Shown in pieces: positions 55,297 to 63,980 of a stretch of 64,000 nt of DNA. Position 1 is the stretch's first letter. Each line of letters begins with the position of its first letter. Source of the stretch: Clostridia bacterium (GTDB lineage: Bacteria > Bacillota > Clostridia > Christensenellales > CAG-917); NCBI GenBank assembly GCA_028710495.1, contig JAQUST010000006.1, forward strand, positions 1,993 through 65,992, read 5' to 3'. The position numbers and the translations under genes were made by a program. The notes under the pieces are model-generated. The model had not been told where the DNA came from and made no database searches. It saw only the letters and a program-made list of their open reading frames with translations.

Positions 55297-55880
55297 CATA
55301 TTTTATTTTGATTATCGGCGCCGTCTTCGTCAATAACTTTGTATTATCGCAATTCCTCGGTATTTGCCCATTTTTGGGAGTTTCCAAAAAAATTGATACA
55401 TCACTTGGAATGGGAATGGCGGTCATTTTCGTTATGGGTATTGCTTCAATATTCACTTGGCTAATACAACAAGTTTTAGTGGCGTTTTCAATCGAATATT
55501 TGCAAACAATCGCATTTATTTTGGTTATTGCGGCTCTTGTTCAACTTGTTGAAATGGTGTTGAAAAAGTTTATGCCGTCGCTATACTCAGCACTTGGAGT
55601 TTATCTCCCGCTTATCACAACAAACTGCGCAGTGCTTGGTGTTGCAATTTTGAACATACAAGCCTTTGGTATTGAGACTGCTTCGAGTTTACTTCAGTCG
55701 TTTTTGAACGGTATTTTCTCGGGCGTCGGTTTTACTCTTGCAATATTGCTGTTGGCAGGTATTCGTGAGAGAATGACAAATGCAGATGTTCCGAAACCGT
55801 TTAGAGGTTTTCCAATCACATTGATTTCAGCTTGCATAATGAGTATGGCATTTGTTGCATTCTCAGGTATGGTAGGCTAA
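55293..55880 (+). CDS. rnfA: Rnf complex subunit A
   Basis: VNNFVLSQFLGICPFLGVSKK. The start overlaps the upstream stop (ATGA). Confidence 0.92.
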   Translation: MTYFILIIGAVFVNNFVLSQFLGICPFLGVSKKIDTSLGMGMAVIFVMGIASIFTWLIQQVLVAFSIEYLQTIAFILVIAALVQLVEMVLKKFMPSLYSALGVYLPLITTNCAVLGVAILNIQAFGIETASSLLQSFLNGIFSGVGFTLAILLLAGIRERMTNADVPKPFRGFPITLISACIMSMAFVAFSGMVG

Positions 55881-55892
55881 GGAGGTAGCATT

Positions 55893-56702
55893 ATGGTAAA
55901 TTCATTGACAATTTTGTATTCCGCACTTGTCCTATTAGTGCTTGCGGCCATATTTGGTACTTTACTTGCCGTTCTTGGCAAAAAGCTAGCAATAAAGCAG
56001 GATGAGAGAATTGATAAGGTCAAAAACAAACTTTCAGGTGCGAACTGTGGAGCTTGCGGTTATGCAGGTTGTGAAGCTTTCGCTAAGGCACTTGTCGCAG
56101 GGAAAGCGGATTTGTCCTTATGCAATGCAACTTCAGCTGACAATAAAAAAGAAATTGCAAACATTTTGGGTGTGGATGCCGATATAGTCCAAACTGTTCC
56201 CGTGGTATGTTGCGTTGGCGGAAATTCTGCTGTTGACAAATATACTTATATGGGATATGGCGACTGCCGTTCAATGGAACTTTTGGGCGGAGGAAGAAAG
56301 CTTTGCAAATGGGGTTGTCTTGGTATGGGTTCGTGCACGGATGCTTGTCCTGAGCACGCTATTGATGTTCGAGACGGTGGATATGCAGTAATTGAGCATG
56401 ACAAATGCATAGGATGTGGAAAATGTGTAGAAGCTTGCCCTAAGGGCATAATCAAAAGAGTGCCAATCACTGCGAAGGTTTATATCGCTTGTTCAAACTG
56501 CGTGCGTGGTGGCAAAGACGTGCGCGCTTTCTGTAAAAACGGATGTATAGGCTGCGGTCTTTGCGCAAAGAACTGCCCGCAAGGTGCAATAGAAATGGTG
56601 AATAATTTGCCTGTCATCAACTATGACAAATGCACAGGCTGCAAAGTGTGCGTTGCAAAATGTCCTTCAAAATGCATTTTGGAACTTGATTTGAACAAAT
56701 AA
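55893..56702 (+). CDS. rnfB: Rnf complex subunit B
   Basis: Has an N-terminal TM, the motif CGACGYAGCEAFA, and several ferredoxin CxxCxxCxxxCP motifs. Confidence 0.92.
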   Translation: MVNSLTILYSALVLLVLAAIFGTLLAVLGKKLAIKQDERIDKVKNKLSGANCGACGYAGCEAFAKALVAGKADLSLCNATSADNKKEIANILGVDADIVQTVPVVCCVGGNSAVDKYTYMGYGDCRSMELLGGGRKLCKWGCLGMGSCTDACPEHAIDVRDGGYAVIEHDKCIGCGKCVEACPKGIIKRVPITAKVYIACSNCVRGGKDVRAFCKNGCIGCGLCAKNCPQGAIEMVNNLPVINYDKCTGCKVCVAKCPSKCILELDLNK

Positions 56703-56823
56703 AAATTATTGCGCAAGTATATATGAAAGATAATTGCGAAGATAGTGCTAAGAATAATTTATTAAGCAAAGTCCAGAGATGTTTTGGCTGAATAAGAGGA
56801 GAGATAAAGCGAATAAGAATTTT

Positions 56824-56850
56824 GGAAAACCTCTTGAATAGGGGTTTTCT
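56824..56850 (+). terminator. Hairpin after rnfB (weak terminator candidate)
   Basis: ggaaaacctc-ttgaata-ggggttttct: a 10-bp stem with G:U pairs and no clean U-tract. Confidence 0.3.
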
Positions 56851-56853
56851 GTA

Positions 56854-56862
56854 TGATATAAT
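56854..56862 (+). promoter_or_regulatory. Extended -10 element upstream of ppx
   Basis: TGaTATAAT, with TATAAT at 56857-56862. Confidence 0.4.
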
Positions 56863-56918
56863 AACAGTACGTTTAGATTGGGTGGAGTATCCGCTCGTTA
56901 AAGAAATACGGAGAAAAA

Positions 56919-58433
56919 ATGGAAAAAATAGCAATAATAGACATCGGTTCAAATTCTGCGCGACTTGTGCTCGTAAACATCTTAGAGGGTGGCTACTTTG
57001 TCGTGTTTGATGAACTAAAAGAATCTGTCCGTTTGGGGCAAGATATGGATTGGGATGGCTTTTTGAAGCCAGCACGCGTGGCACAGACAATCAAAACTTT
57101 AACAATGTTCCGTCGTCTTTGCGATGCGAATAATATAGATAAAATTTATGCGTTTGCAACAGCGGCAGTAAGACGAGCTAAAAATCAAAAAAGTTTTCTT
57201 GAAGAAGTCTCAGCGGTTTGTGGAATCAAAATAAAAGTTTTGACTGAAACCGAACAGGCGCATCTTGTTTATATGGGAGTTATCAACTCGATGGAAATTC
57301 CAAAGGGTTTGATTATGGAAATGGGTGGTGGAAGCACCAACCTTATTTATTATAACCGCAAAAATATCGTTGCCAATGCTTGTCTTGAGTTCGGTTCGGT
57401 CACGCTTACAGATTTGTTCAAAAATGATTCAAGCGAGCCCGCTGAAAGAGCCAAAAAAATTGAAGATTATGTCCGTGAAAATTTAGAAAAAGTTCCTTGG
57501 CTTTCGACACTTGACCCTGACACTCAGCTAATAGGTGTCGGTGGCGCATTCCGAAATTTGGGTAGGATTTCAAGACTAATAAAGAAATATCCTTTCAATA
57601 TGACGCACAACTATGAAGTGCCAACAACAGAATTTAGTCAAATTTACAGCACAATACGTTCACTTGACCTTGACAGCACAATGAAAATCAAAGGTTTGTC
57701 ATCAGGACGCGCAGATATCTTTCCGAGCGCACTTGCTGCAATGAATGCGATTATTACACAATGCAATTTCTCTAAAATAATGATAAGCGGGTCTGGACTT
57801 CGTGAAGGAGCAATGTTCCGCCACGCAGTGCCGACTGTTCAGGAAAAGCCGATTACAGATGTTTTGGGACACAGCCTTGACACTTTGATGCATTACTTTG
57901 ATATCAATATTCCTCACGCAGAGCATGTGTTTAATCTTTCGGTGCAGTTGTTCCGCCAGCTTAAGGTTTTGCATAAATTGCCACGTGTGTATATGAGAGT
58001 GCTCAAAATTGCCTCTTTACTTCACGACAGCGGTATGCGCATAAAATACTACAATCACCAAAGACACAGCAGTTATATTATTTTGAATTCAAATCTTTAC
58101 GGTGTGCCTCACAAGGACTTGGTGCTGGCTTCTTTTGTTGCCGGCGGACATAGAAAAGCAGAATTCAACCGCGAAGATTTGATTCGCTACAAAGATATGT
58201 TGACTCCTGAGGATTTGGATGCAATCCGCAAGCTTTCAGTTATTTTGAGAATTGCAGAAAGCTTTGACAGGAGTATGTCGGGCGTTATCACGGGCATCGA
58301 TTGCGATGTTTTGGGAGGCAGCGTGATAGTAAAAACAGAAACCGAGGGCGATTGTTCCCTTGAAATCAAGGATGCGTTGACGTGTGCGTCTGAATTTAAG
58401 CTTGCCTACAACAAAACACTGGAAATATTATAA
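56919..58433 (+). CDS. ppx: Ppx/GppA family exopolyphosphatase with C-terminal HD domain
   Basis: IAIIDIGSNSARLVLV, then GGGSTNL, then LLHDSG (HD region). Confidence 0.85.
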   Translation: MEKIAIIDIGSNSARLVLVNILEGGYFVVFDELKESVRLGQDMDWDGFLKPARVAQTIKTLTMFRRLCDANNIDKIYAFATAAVRRAKNQKSFLEEVSAVCGIKIKVLTETEQAHLVYMGVINSMEIPKGLIMEMGGGSTNLIYYNRKNIVANACLEFGSVTLTDLFKNDSSEPAERAKKIEDYVRENLEKVPWLSTLDPDTQLIGVGGAFRNLGRISRLIKKYPFNMTHNYEVPTTEFSQIYSTIRSLDLDSTMKIKGLSSGRADIFPSALAAMNAIITQCNFSKIMISGSGLREGAMFRHAVPTVQEKPITDVLGHSLDTLMHYFDINIPHAEHVFNLSVQLFRQLKVLHKLPRVYMRVLKIASLLHDSGMRIKYYNHQRHSSYIILNSNLYGVPHKDLVLASFVAGGHRKAEFNREDLIRYKDMLTPEDLDAIRKLSVILRIAESFDRSMSGVITGIDCDVLGGSVIVKTETEGDCSLEIKDALTCASEFKLAYNKTLEIL

Positions 58434-58990
58434 TGATTACTTTGGCATCGGCATCTCCAAGAAGAAGCGAGTTGCTTAAAAATTTAACAAATAATTTCAC
58501 GGTTGAGCCTTCAAATGTTGACGAAGGCTCAACTCATAAAAATCCTAAGAAAATGACTCTTGATATAGCCAGAAGCAAAGCTATGTGGTCAGGTGGTGAC
58601 GTGATTTTGTCAGCTGACACCACAGTATATTACAAAGGCGAGCATTTCGGAAAGCCGAAAGATATCGAGAGCGCCGTGAAAATGCTTTTGACTTTATCAG
58701 GGAAGTGGCACAATGTCTACACAGGAGTTTGTATCAAGACAGTAGAAAAAACATATCAGTTTGTCGAGGTTTCAAAGGTAAAGTTCAAAGATCTTTCCGA
58801 GAGCGCTGTTCGAGAGTACGTTGAAAAATATAAGCCGCTTGACAAAGCAGGCGCATACGGAATTCAGGACAACGAAATTGTTGAGAAATACAAGGGCAGT
58901 TATTCAAATATTATGGGTTTGCCGCTAGAAAAACTTGAAAAGCTTTTAAGAAAAATAGAAAAAGAGCAGAATATCAAACTGCTTGTTTAG
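58433..58990 (+). CDS. maf: Maf-like nucleoside triphosphate pyrophosphatase / septum formation protein
   Basis: ITLASASPRRSELL...SADTTV...AGAYGIQ. The start overlaps the ppx stop (TAATG). Confidence 0.9.
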   Translation: MITLASASPRRSELLKNLTNNFTVEPSNVDEGSTHKNPKKMTLDIARSKAMWSGGDVILSADTTVYYKGEHFGKPKDIESAVKMLLTLSGKWHNVYTGVCIKTVEKTYQFVEVSKVKFKDLSESAVREYVEKYKPLDKAGAYGIQDNEIVEKYKGSYSNIMGLPLEKLEKLLRKIEKEQNIKLLV

Positions 58991-58997
58991 GAGTTAT

Positions 58998-59999
58998 ATG
59001 TCAACCATTGAACTTTCCATTGATTTAGGTTCAAGTTTCATCACAATTTATCAGCGTGGTGTAGGACTGGTTCTTCGCGAACCTGCGCTTGCTATAGCCA
59101 CAAAAGTCAACGATAAATATGAAATCCGAGAAGCCGGTTACCGTGCGCAAAGCATGCTGTCACAGTCTCTTGGTGGTGCAAGGGTTATTTCTCCGATAAA
59201 AGAAGGAAGCATAATAGATATAGAAATGTGCGCAATGTTAATGTCATATTTTTTGCGAAAAGTTGTTCCAACTTCTATTTTTATGCCAAAAATAAGCGCT
59301 ATAGTTTTGATATCATCATCTCTTATCAATTCTGACCGAAAGGCGATTGAAAAAGTTATGCTGAAAGTTGGAGTAAAGGAAATTCTACTTGTGGAAAGTC
59401 CACTTGCACTTTTGTCATACACTGGCAGTATCGGCGGATTGTTCGTTGATATCGGTTCGGGAAAGACTGAAATTGCAGCCGTAACAAATCAAGGTATTAT
59501 TTCGGGCTGTTCTGTGAATATAGCAGGTGATGCCTACAACAATGCTATTGTGGATTATATTGCCGACCATTTTGATGTTAAGATTGGAGATTTTACGGTT
59601 GAAAAGCTTAAGCTTGATGCATTAAGTCTTTTTGACAATGACACAAACATAAACTACGTTACAGGTCGCGCTCTTTATGACGGCTCACCAAAAAATGCCA
59701 AGGTCAAAGCAAGTGATATGTATAATGCGGTTTCGCCATTGCTTGACGATTTGATTGAGGTGGTTCGTTCCGTGTTGGGTACAACTCCCCCTGAACTTTC
59801 TGCAGAAATTTTGCGTAAAGGTATTTTTATCTCTGGCGGTTCATCACAAATACCGGGCTTGAAAGAATATATTGCCAGAAAGCTTGCTCTTCCCGTAACG
59901 CCGCTTGAGGATGTTGAAAATGCTGCAGCAATTGGTGGTTCTCACTTCTTTTCCGACAAACAGTTTTTGAGTGATATGCTTGGAATTCATGTGGACTAA
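58998..59999 (+). CDS. Divergent MreB/Mbl-family actin-like protein
   Basis: LSIDLGSSFITIYQRGVGLVLREPALAI...ISPIKEGSIIDIE...VDIGSGKTEIA...ISGGSSQIPGL. AGGAG lies at 58989-58993 and the ATG at 58998. Confidence 0.75.
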   Translation: MSTIELSIDLGSSFITIYQRGVGLVLREPALAIATKVNDKYEIREAGYRAQSMLSQSLGGARVISPIKEGSIIDIEMCAMLMSYFLRKVVPTSIFMPKISAIVLISSSLINSDRKAIEKVMLKVGVKEILLVESPLALLSYTGSIGGLFVDIGSGKTEIAAVTNQGIISGCSVNIAGDAYNNAIVDYIADHFDVKIGDFTVEKLKLDALSLFDNDTNINYVTGRALYDGSPKNAKVKASDMYNAVSPLLDDLIEVVRSVLGTTPPELSAEILRKGIFISGGSSQIPGLKEYIARKLALPVTPLEDVENAAAIGGSHFFSDKQFLSDMLGIHVD

Positions 60000-60103
60000 A
60001 GAAGCATAGTGCGTAGAAGCATAGATGCTCAAAGAGAATAAAAGTACAAAAAAATAAAAGTTAAAAAGTATAGAAGCTCAAAATGAACAAAAGTCTAAAT
60101 AAA

Positions 60104-60154
60104 GTACAAAAAGAATATAAGTACAAAAAGAATATAAGTACAAAAAGAATATAA
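60104..60154 (+). repeat. Perfect 17-bp tandem repeat x3 inside an A-rich repetitive 3' region
   Basis: gtacaaaaagaatataa at 60104-60120, 60121-60137 and 60138-60154. The flanks (60000-60260) contain decayed related words (aaagtacaaaaa, tagaagc). Confidence 0.9.
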
Positions 60155-60295
60155 GAGCTAAAAAATCGAAGTGTTAATAATTATTGAAAAATAAATCTGC
60201 AAATGAATAAATGCTCGAAAAATTGAACGCAAAAGTATAAAGTTAAAAATCAAAAAGATAGCTATTTAGCAAATTTGCAAAATAGAGAAAAGATT

Positions 60296-60318
60296 GAGCG
60301 CATATGCGCTCTTTTTTT
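60296..60318 (+). terminator. Rho-independent terminator about 300 nt after the mreB-like stop
   Basis: The palindrome gagcgcatatgcgctc is followed by ttttttt. Confidence 0.8.
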
Positions 60319-60419
60319 ATGTTTCAATATCAAATTCAAAATTTTCTCATCGTCAATAAAAAACAAGTTTCGGCACAAGAAGCTATAATATTCCACTAGT
60401 GTGTTGGTACAATCTTGAT

Positions 60420-61193
60420 ATGAGAAAAATCGTGGTGACTTCTGGAAAAGGTGGAGTTGGCAAAACAACGGTTTGCGCTACGCTCGGTCGTGCTCTTGCA
60501 GATTTGGGGCAACGCGTAGTGCTTGTCGATGCTGATGTCGGACTAAACAATATTGATGTCGTTATGGCACTTGAAAATCGAATTGTTTATGACATCGTTG
60601 ATGTCATAACCGGCAGATGCAAAGTGTCGCAGGCGCTTATTCAAGATTTGGAAAGCGGATTATTTGTGTTGTCCTCTTCTTGCGAAAATCCTGTGGTGAC
60701 AGCACAATCGTTTCGCGGCGTGATTGATAGTCTGAGCGATTTCGATTATGTTTTGATAGATTGTCCCGCAGGCATCGAAAACGGGTTTCATCGTGCTATT
60801 TCGTCAGCTAAAGAGGCGATTGTGGTGACAACACCATCTATTTCTGCAATACGAGATGCGGACAAAGTGTTGTCTTTGCTTGCAGGTTACAATCTAAATA
60901 TAGTAAATATAGTTGTCAACCGTGTGCGTCCTGAGATGGTTGCAAAGGGAGAAATGATGAGCCCGACAGACATATCAAGATTGCTTCGAACCCCACCAAT
61001 AGGAATAATCCCTGAAGATGATTGTATAACTCTTTATTCTCAAGTTGGTCGTGTGCCTGATTTCGCACTTTCCGACAAGGCGTTCAGACTGCTTGCAGAA
61101 AATTTGCATTTTGGAAACAAGAAGTTTTATGATTATACAAAACCGCAACGAGGGATTTTGGGAAGAGTTAAAAAACGAATAACCGCCAGATAA
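60420..61193 (+). CDS. minD: Septum site-determining ATPase MinD
   Basis: MRKIVVTSGKGGVGKTTVCATLGRALADLGQRVVLVDADVGLNNIDVVM. The C-terminus is amphipathic and basic (GILGRVKKRI). ATG 60420 is preferred over GTG 60399. Confidence 0.92.
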   Translation: MRKIVVTSGKGGVGKTTVCATLGRALADLGQRVVLVDADVGLNNIDVVMALENRIVYDIVDVITGRCKVSQALIQDLESGLFVLSSSCENPVVTAQSFRGVIDSLSDFDYVLIDCPAGIENGFHRAISSAKEAIVVTTPSISAIRDADKVLSLLAGYNLNIVNIVVNRVRPEMVAKGEMMSPTDISRLLRTPPIGIIPEDDCITLYSQVGRVPDFALSDKAFRLLAENLHFGNKKFYDYTKPQRGILGRVKKRITAR

Positions 61194-61515
61194 GGTTTGT
61201 AATCTTATTATTATATAAAACTTCAAGGAGAAATTATGGGCAGAGAAAAAAAGAGATTAACTGCCAAATATCTTTAATTATTTTCGCATATTAATGCGAG
61301 AAAAATTTGAAAACTGTATTACAAAAAAATACTTATTGCTTATATTTCTAAACCAAATTGTTTTTGAGCCCGAAATAGCTAAAACCAAATTGTCTATCAA
61401 CATGTGCAGTTTTAAGAAAAATAGCGTCTTATGACAACTTGAATTTGAATAAAACTATTATGCAAATTTTAATTTGCATATTCCTTGTAAGCTTATCGCA
61501 ACTTAAATTTGAATT

Positions 61516-61561
61516 GAAAACAATAATTAGCTTTGAATGAAAACAATAATTAGCTTTGAAT
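61516..61561 (+). repeat. Perfect 23-bp tandem repeat x2 in the minD-minE spacer
   Basis: gaaaacaataattagctttgaat at 61516-61538 and 61539-61561. Confidence 0.9.
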
Positions 61562-61607
61562 TGAGAGCGCGAAATAATAATAATTTTTAGTTATTAAAGG
61601 AGAATAT

Positions 61608-61850
61608 ATGAAAAATACAACTGCAAGAGAAGCGACTGCCAGACTTCAAAGTATGCTTGTTCGCGACAAGGTGCAAGCGCCAGATGGATTTTCAGATGTT
61701 TTGCGCGCCGACCTTTTAAGACTGCTAAACGATTATTTCGAATTGTCCGATTCAGTTTCAGTCGACATAAAACTTACGGAAGTTTCGGATTTTGATGTTT
61801 GCATAACAACAAAAGCCCATAGAATAAAATCTTTTCACTGCGCAAAGTAA
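61608..61850 (+). CDS. minE: Cell division topological specificity factor MinE
   Basis: REATARLQSMLVRDKV...LLRLLNDYFEL...VSVDIKL matches the MinE pattern (ERLQ..L..DR, then L..E....KY..I....V.V). AAGGAG lies at 61597-61602. Confidence 0.8.
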   Translation: MKNTTAREATARLQSMLVRDKVQAPDGFSDVLRADLLRLLNDYFELSDSVSVDIKLTEVSDFDVCITTKAHRIKSFHCAK

Positions 61851-61908
61851 AGTATGTAAAAACATAATGTCAAATTCATTTAAAGAATAAACGCTAAAAA
61901 TTTATAGA

Positions 61909-62004
61909 ATGAAATAAACTATGAACAACGCCATAACGAAAGACGAGTATTCCCACCGCTTGGAAAGTCTGCGTATGAAATAAACTATGAACAACGCCAT
62001 AACG
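61909..62004 (+). repeat. 30-bp perfect direct repeat, two copies 66 nt apart
   Basis: atgaaataaactatgaacaacgccataacg at 61909-61938 and 61975-62004. The second copy forms the 5' arm of the terminator below. Confidence 0.9.
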
Positions 62005-62030
62005 GCATATTTGTTCATAGTTTTGTTTGT
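61982..62030 (+). terminator. Rho-independent terminator after minE
   Basis: aaactatgaacaa-(16 nt)-ttgttcatagttt gives a 13-bp stem, followed by tgtttgtat. Confidence 0.7.
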
Positions 62031-62133
62031 ATATTTATTTTGCAATATTCAGAAGTTTTCTAATTAAAATAATATTTTCTATACTCAGTCATTTTTGTGT
62101 ATGTTTTGGCATATTCTTTTTTGAGGTGAATTT

Positions 62134-62376
62134 ATGAAATATTCTGCCGTCGAAAGAGTTGAAGCCACAGTATTAGAAAACGACTATGTATCACGCGACA
62201 TCAAAAAGAGAAAGCAATTTTTCAGGCCATTTTTTAACAGAGTCGATTTGCTGGATATGGCAATAATTTTTGTGTCGTTGGGCATTGCGGTGTCGCTTGG
62301 CTTTGTAGTTGCAGGGCTTGTGAAAGCATTGTCGGGTGTGGAAACAGTTGTTAATGCTATCTCTGCCCTAGTATAG
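62134..62376 (+). CDS. Small single-TM protein translationally coupled to the M50 protease gene
   Basis: GAGGTG lies at 62123-62128. The protein is 80 aa, with a polar/basic N-terminal half and the TM AIIFVSLGIAVSLGFVVAGLV. Its stop codon overlaps the GTG start of the next gene by 1 nt. Confidence 0.55.
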   Translation: MKYSAVERVEATVLENDYVSRDIKKRKQFFRPFFNRVDLLDMAIIFVSLGIAVSLGFVVAGLVKALSGVETVVNAISALV

Positions 62377-63206
62377 TGAAAATCAAATTTCATCCGCTCT
62401 TTTTTTTGCTTGCCCTAATTTTAGTTTTACTGGGGCAGGCAATTCCTTTTGTCTGCGCATTTGTTGCAGTAGTTTTACACGAAATGGCGCATGCACTGGT
62501 TGCTAGGGCGCGTGGATACCGATTGCGCGAAATAGTGTTGTTGCCATTTGGCGCAGTTTTGTATGGAGAGGAAAACATTGAGCGTACTTCAAGCATATTG
62601 ATTGCGCTAGCGGGTCCTGTTGCAAATGGAGTCCTCGCACTGTTTACTCTTGCATCTTGGTGGATTTTCCCTGCAACTTATGCTTTCACCGAGCCGTTCC
62701 TTTGGTCTAATATTGTGATTGGAGCATTCAACTTGTTGCCTGCATTCCCACTTGATGGTTCAAGGGTGGTGCTTGGACTTTGCAAAAACAAACCTAAAGC
62801 ACTCAAAGCACTTCGCTGGACAGGCGTGGTGCTTTCATTTTTATGTTTTGGTTTATTTATAGCATCGGCGTTTTTTGCAATAAACTTTACGCTCGGAATT
62901 ATAGGTATATTTTTGTTTTTGGGAGCAACTTTTGGAACAAATCGAGAAATGTATATGCACATAGCAGATCAAGAGTTCAAAAATTTTCGTGACGGAATAT
63001 GTGAGCGAGTGGTACATATTGATTCTTCAGTTACATTATTGAGGGTTTTGAAATACTTGAAATCAGATTATGTCACATCGTTTGTTGTGGTTTCAGAAAA
63101 AGGAGAGCAGCAGTGCAGGCTTGAAGAAAACAAAATGAGAGAATTGCTTGAAAACAATCCTCTCAAGATGTCACTTGATGATGCTATAAATAATCAGAAA
63201 AGTTAA
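62376..63206 (+). CDS. Site-2 protease (M50B), SpoIVFB-like, with C-terminal CBS-like region
   Basis: HEMAHALVAR (HExxH) and NLLPAFPLDGSRV (the LDG motif) are present in a multi-pass membrane protein. It sits downstream of minD/minE, as spoIVFB does downstream of minCD in Bacillus. Confidence 0.85.
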   Translation: MKIKFHPLFFLLALILVLLGQAIPFVCAFVAVVLHEMAHALVARARGYRLREIVLLPFGAVLYGEENIERTSSILIALAGPVANGVLALFTLASWWIFPATYAFTEPFLWSNIVIGAFNLLPAFPLDGSRVVLGLCKNKPKALKALRWTGVVLSFLCFGLFIASAFFAINFTLGIIGIFLFLGATFGTNREMYMHIADQEFKNFRDGICERVVHIDSSVTLLRVLKYLKSDYVTSFVVVSEKGEQQCRLEENKMRELLENNPLKMSLDDAINNQKS

Positions 63207-63469
63207 CTTCATATAAATATGCAAAAGCAATTCCAATTACATATTTTTAACATATAAATTCAATATTATGTCTTTGTAGTCTGGCTTATAAAATTTGTTT
63301 GGTAATTCGATGAAGTATTATCGAAATCCAAATTTGTTCAAGTAAAAAGAATAACTTAAAAATCGCCTATTCCCTTAATTGCATTTTATAGATTTATAAA
63401 TTCACTGAAAAAACATAAACAAAAAGAAAAGAGCCGATGGCGTAATAATATCTTTTAGATAATATAAAA

Positions 63470-63766
63470 TCAAAACCCGAATTTCTTCAAATCTACCGTA
63501 TAGTCTGTAAGTTCGATGCCTTCTTTTTCAAGAAGTTTTTTTTGTACATCAATGCCACCAAACACATATGCCTCAGCCAAATGACCAAAGCGGTTTACAA
63601 CACGGTGGCAGGGTATTTCTCCTTGTCTTGGATTGAAGTGCAACGCATATCCGACAGCTCGTGAAGCACGAGGACTTCCTAGCATTGCAGCAATTTGTCC
63701 GTAAGTCATAACTCGCCCTTTTGGTATTTCTTTTACTACTTCATAAACCTTGTCATAAAAACTCAT
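63470..63766 (-). CDS. MGMT-family (O6-alkylguanine DNA alkyltransferase C-terminal domain only) protein
   Basis: VMTYGQIAAMLGSPRASRAVGYAL...IPCHRVV. The active-site Cys is retained in PCHR. The protein is 98 aa. Confidence 0.85.
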   Translation of the reverse strand: MSFYDKVYEVVKEIPKGRVMTYGQIAAMLGSPRASRAVGYALHFNPRQGEIPCHRVVNRFGHLAEAYVFGGIDVQKKLLEKEGIELTDYTVDLKKFGF

Positions 63767-63931
63767 ATCAACTCCATTCGTAATTTACTTCATTTACTTT
63801 ATTCTTTGCTATTATTTAATCATAATATCTCTAAATTTTCAATATGCAAATTTTAGCAAATTTAAAAAAGTGTCAAATTCTGTTTGCATCGGGAAAATTT
63901 ATAAAATATGACCCACTTTGAAACTAGCTCA

Positions 63932-63960
63932 TTGACTTTTAATCGCGCGTGCAGTAGAAT
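63932..63960 (+). promoter_or_regulatory. Sigma-A-type promoter at the window end
   Basis: TTGACT (63932-63937), 17-nt spacer, TAGAAT (63955-63960). Confidence 0.5.
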
Positions 63961-63980
63961 AAATGCATATTGAGGTATTT

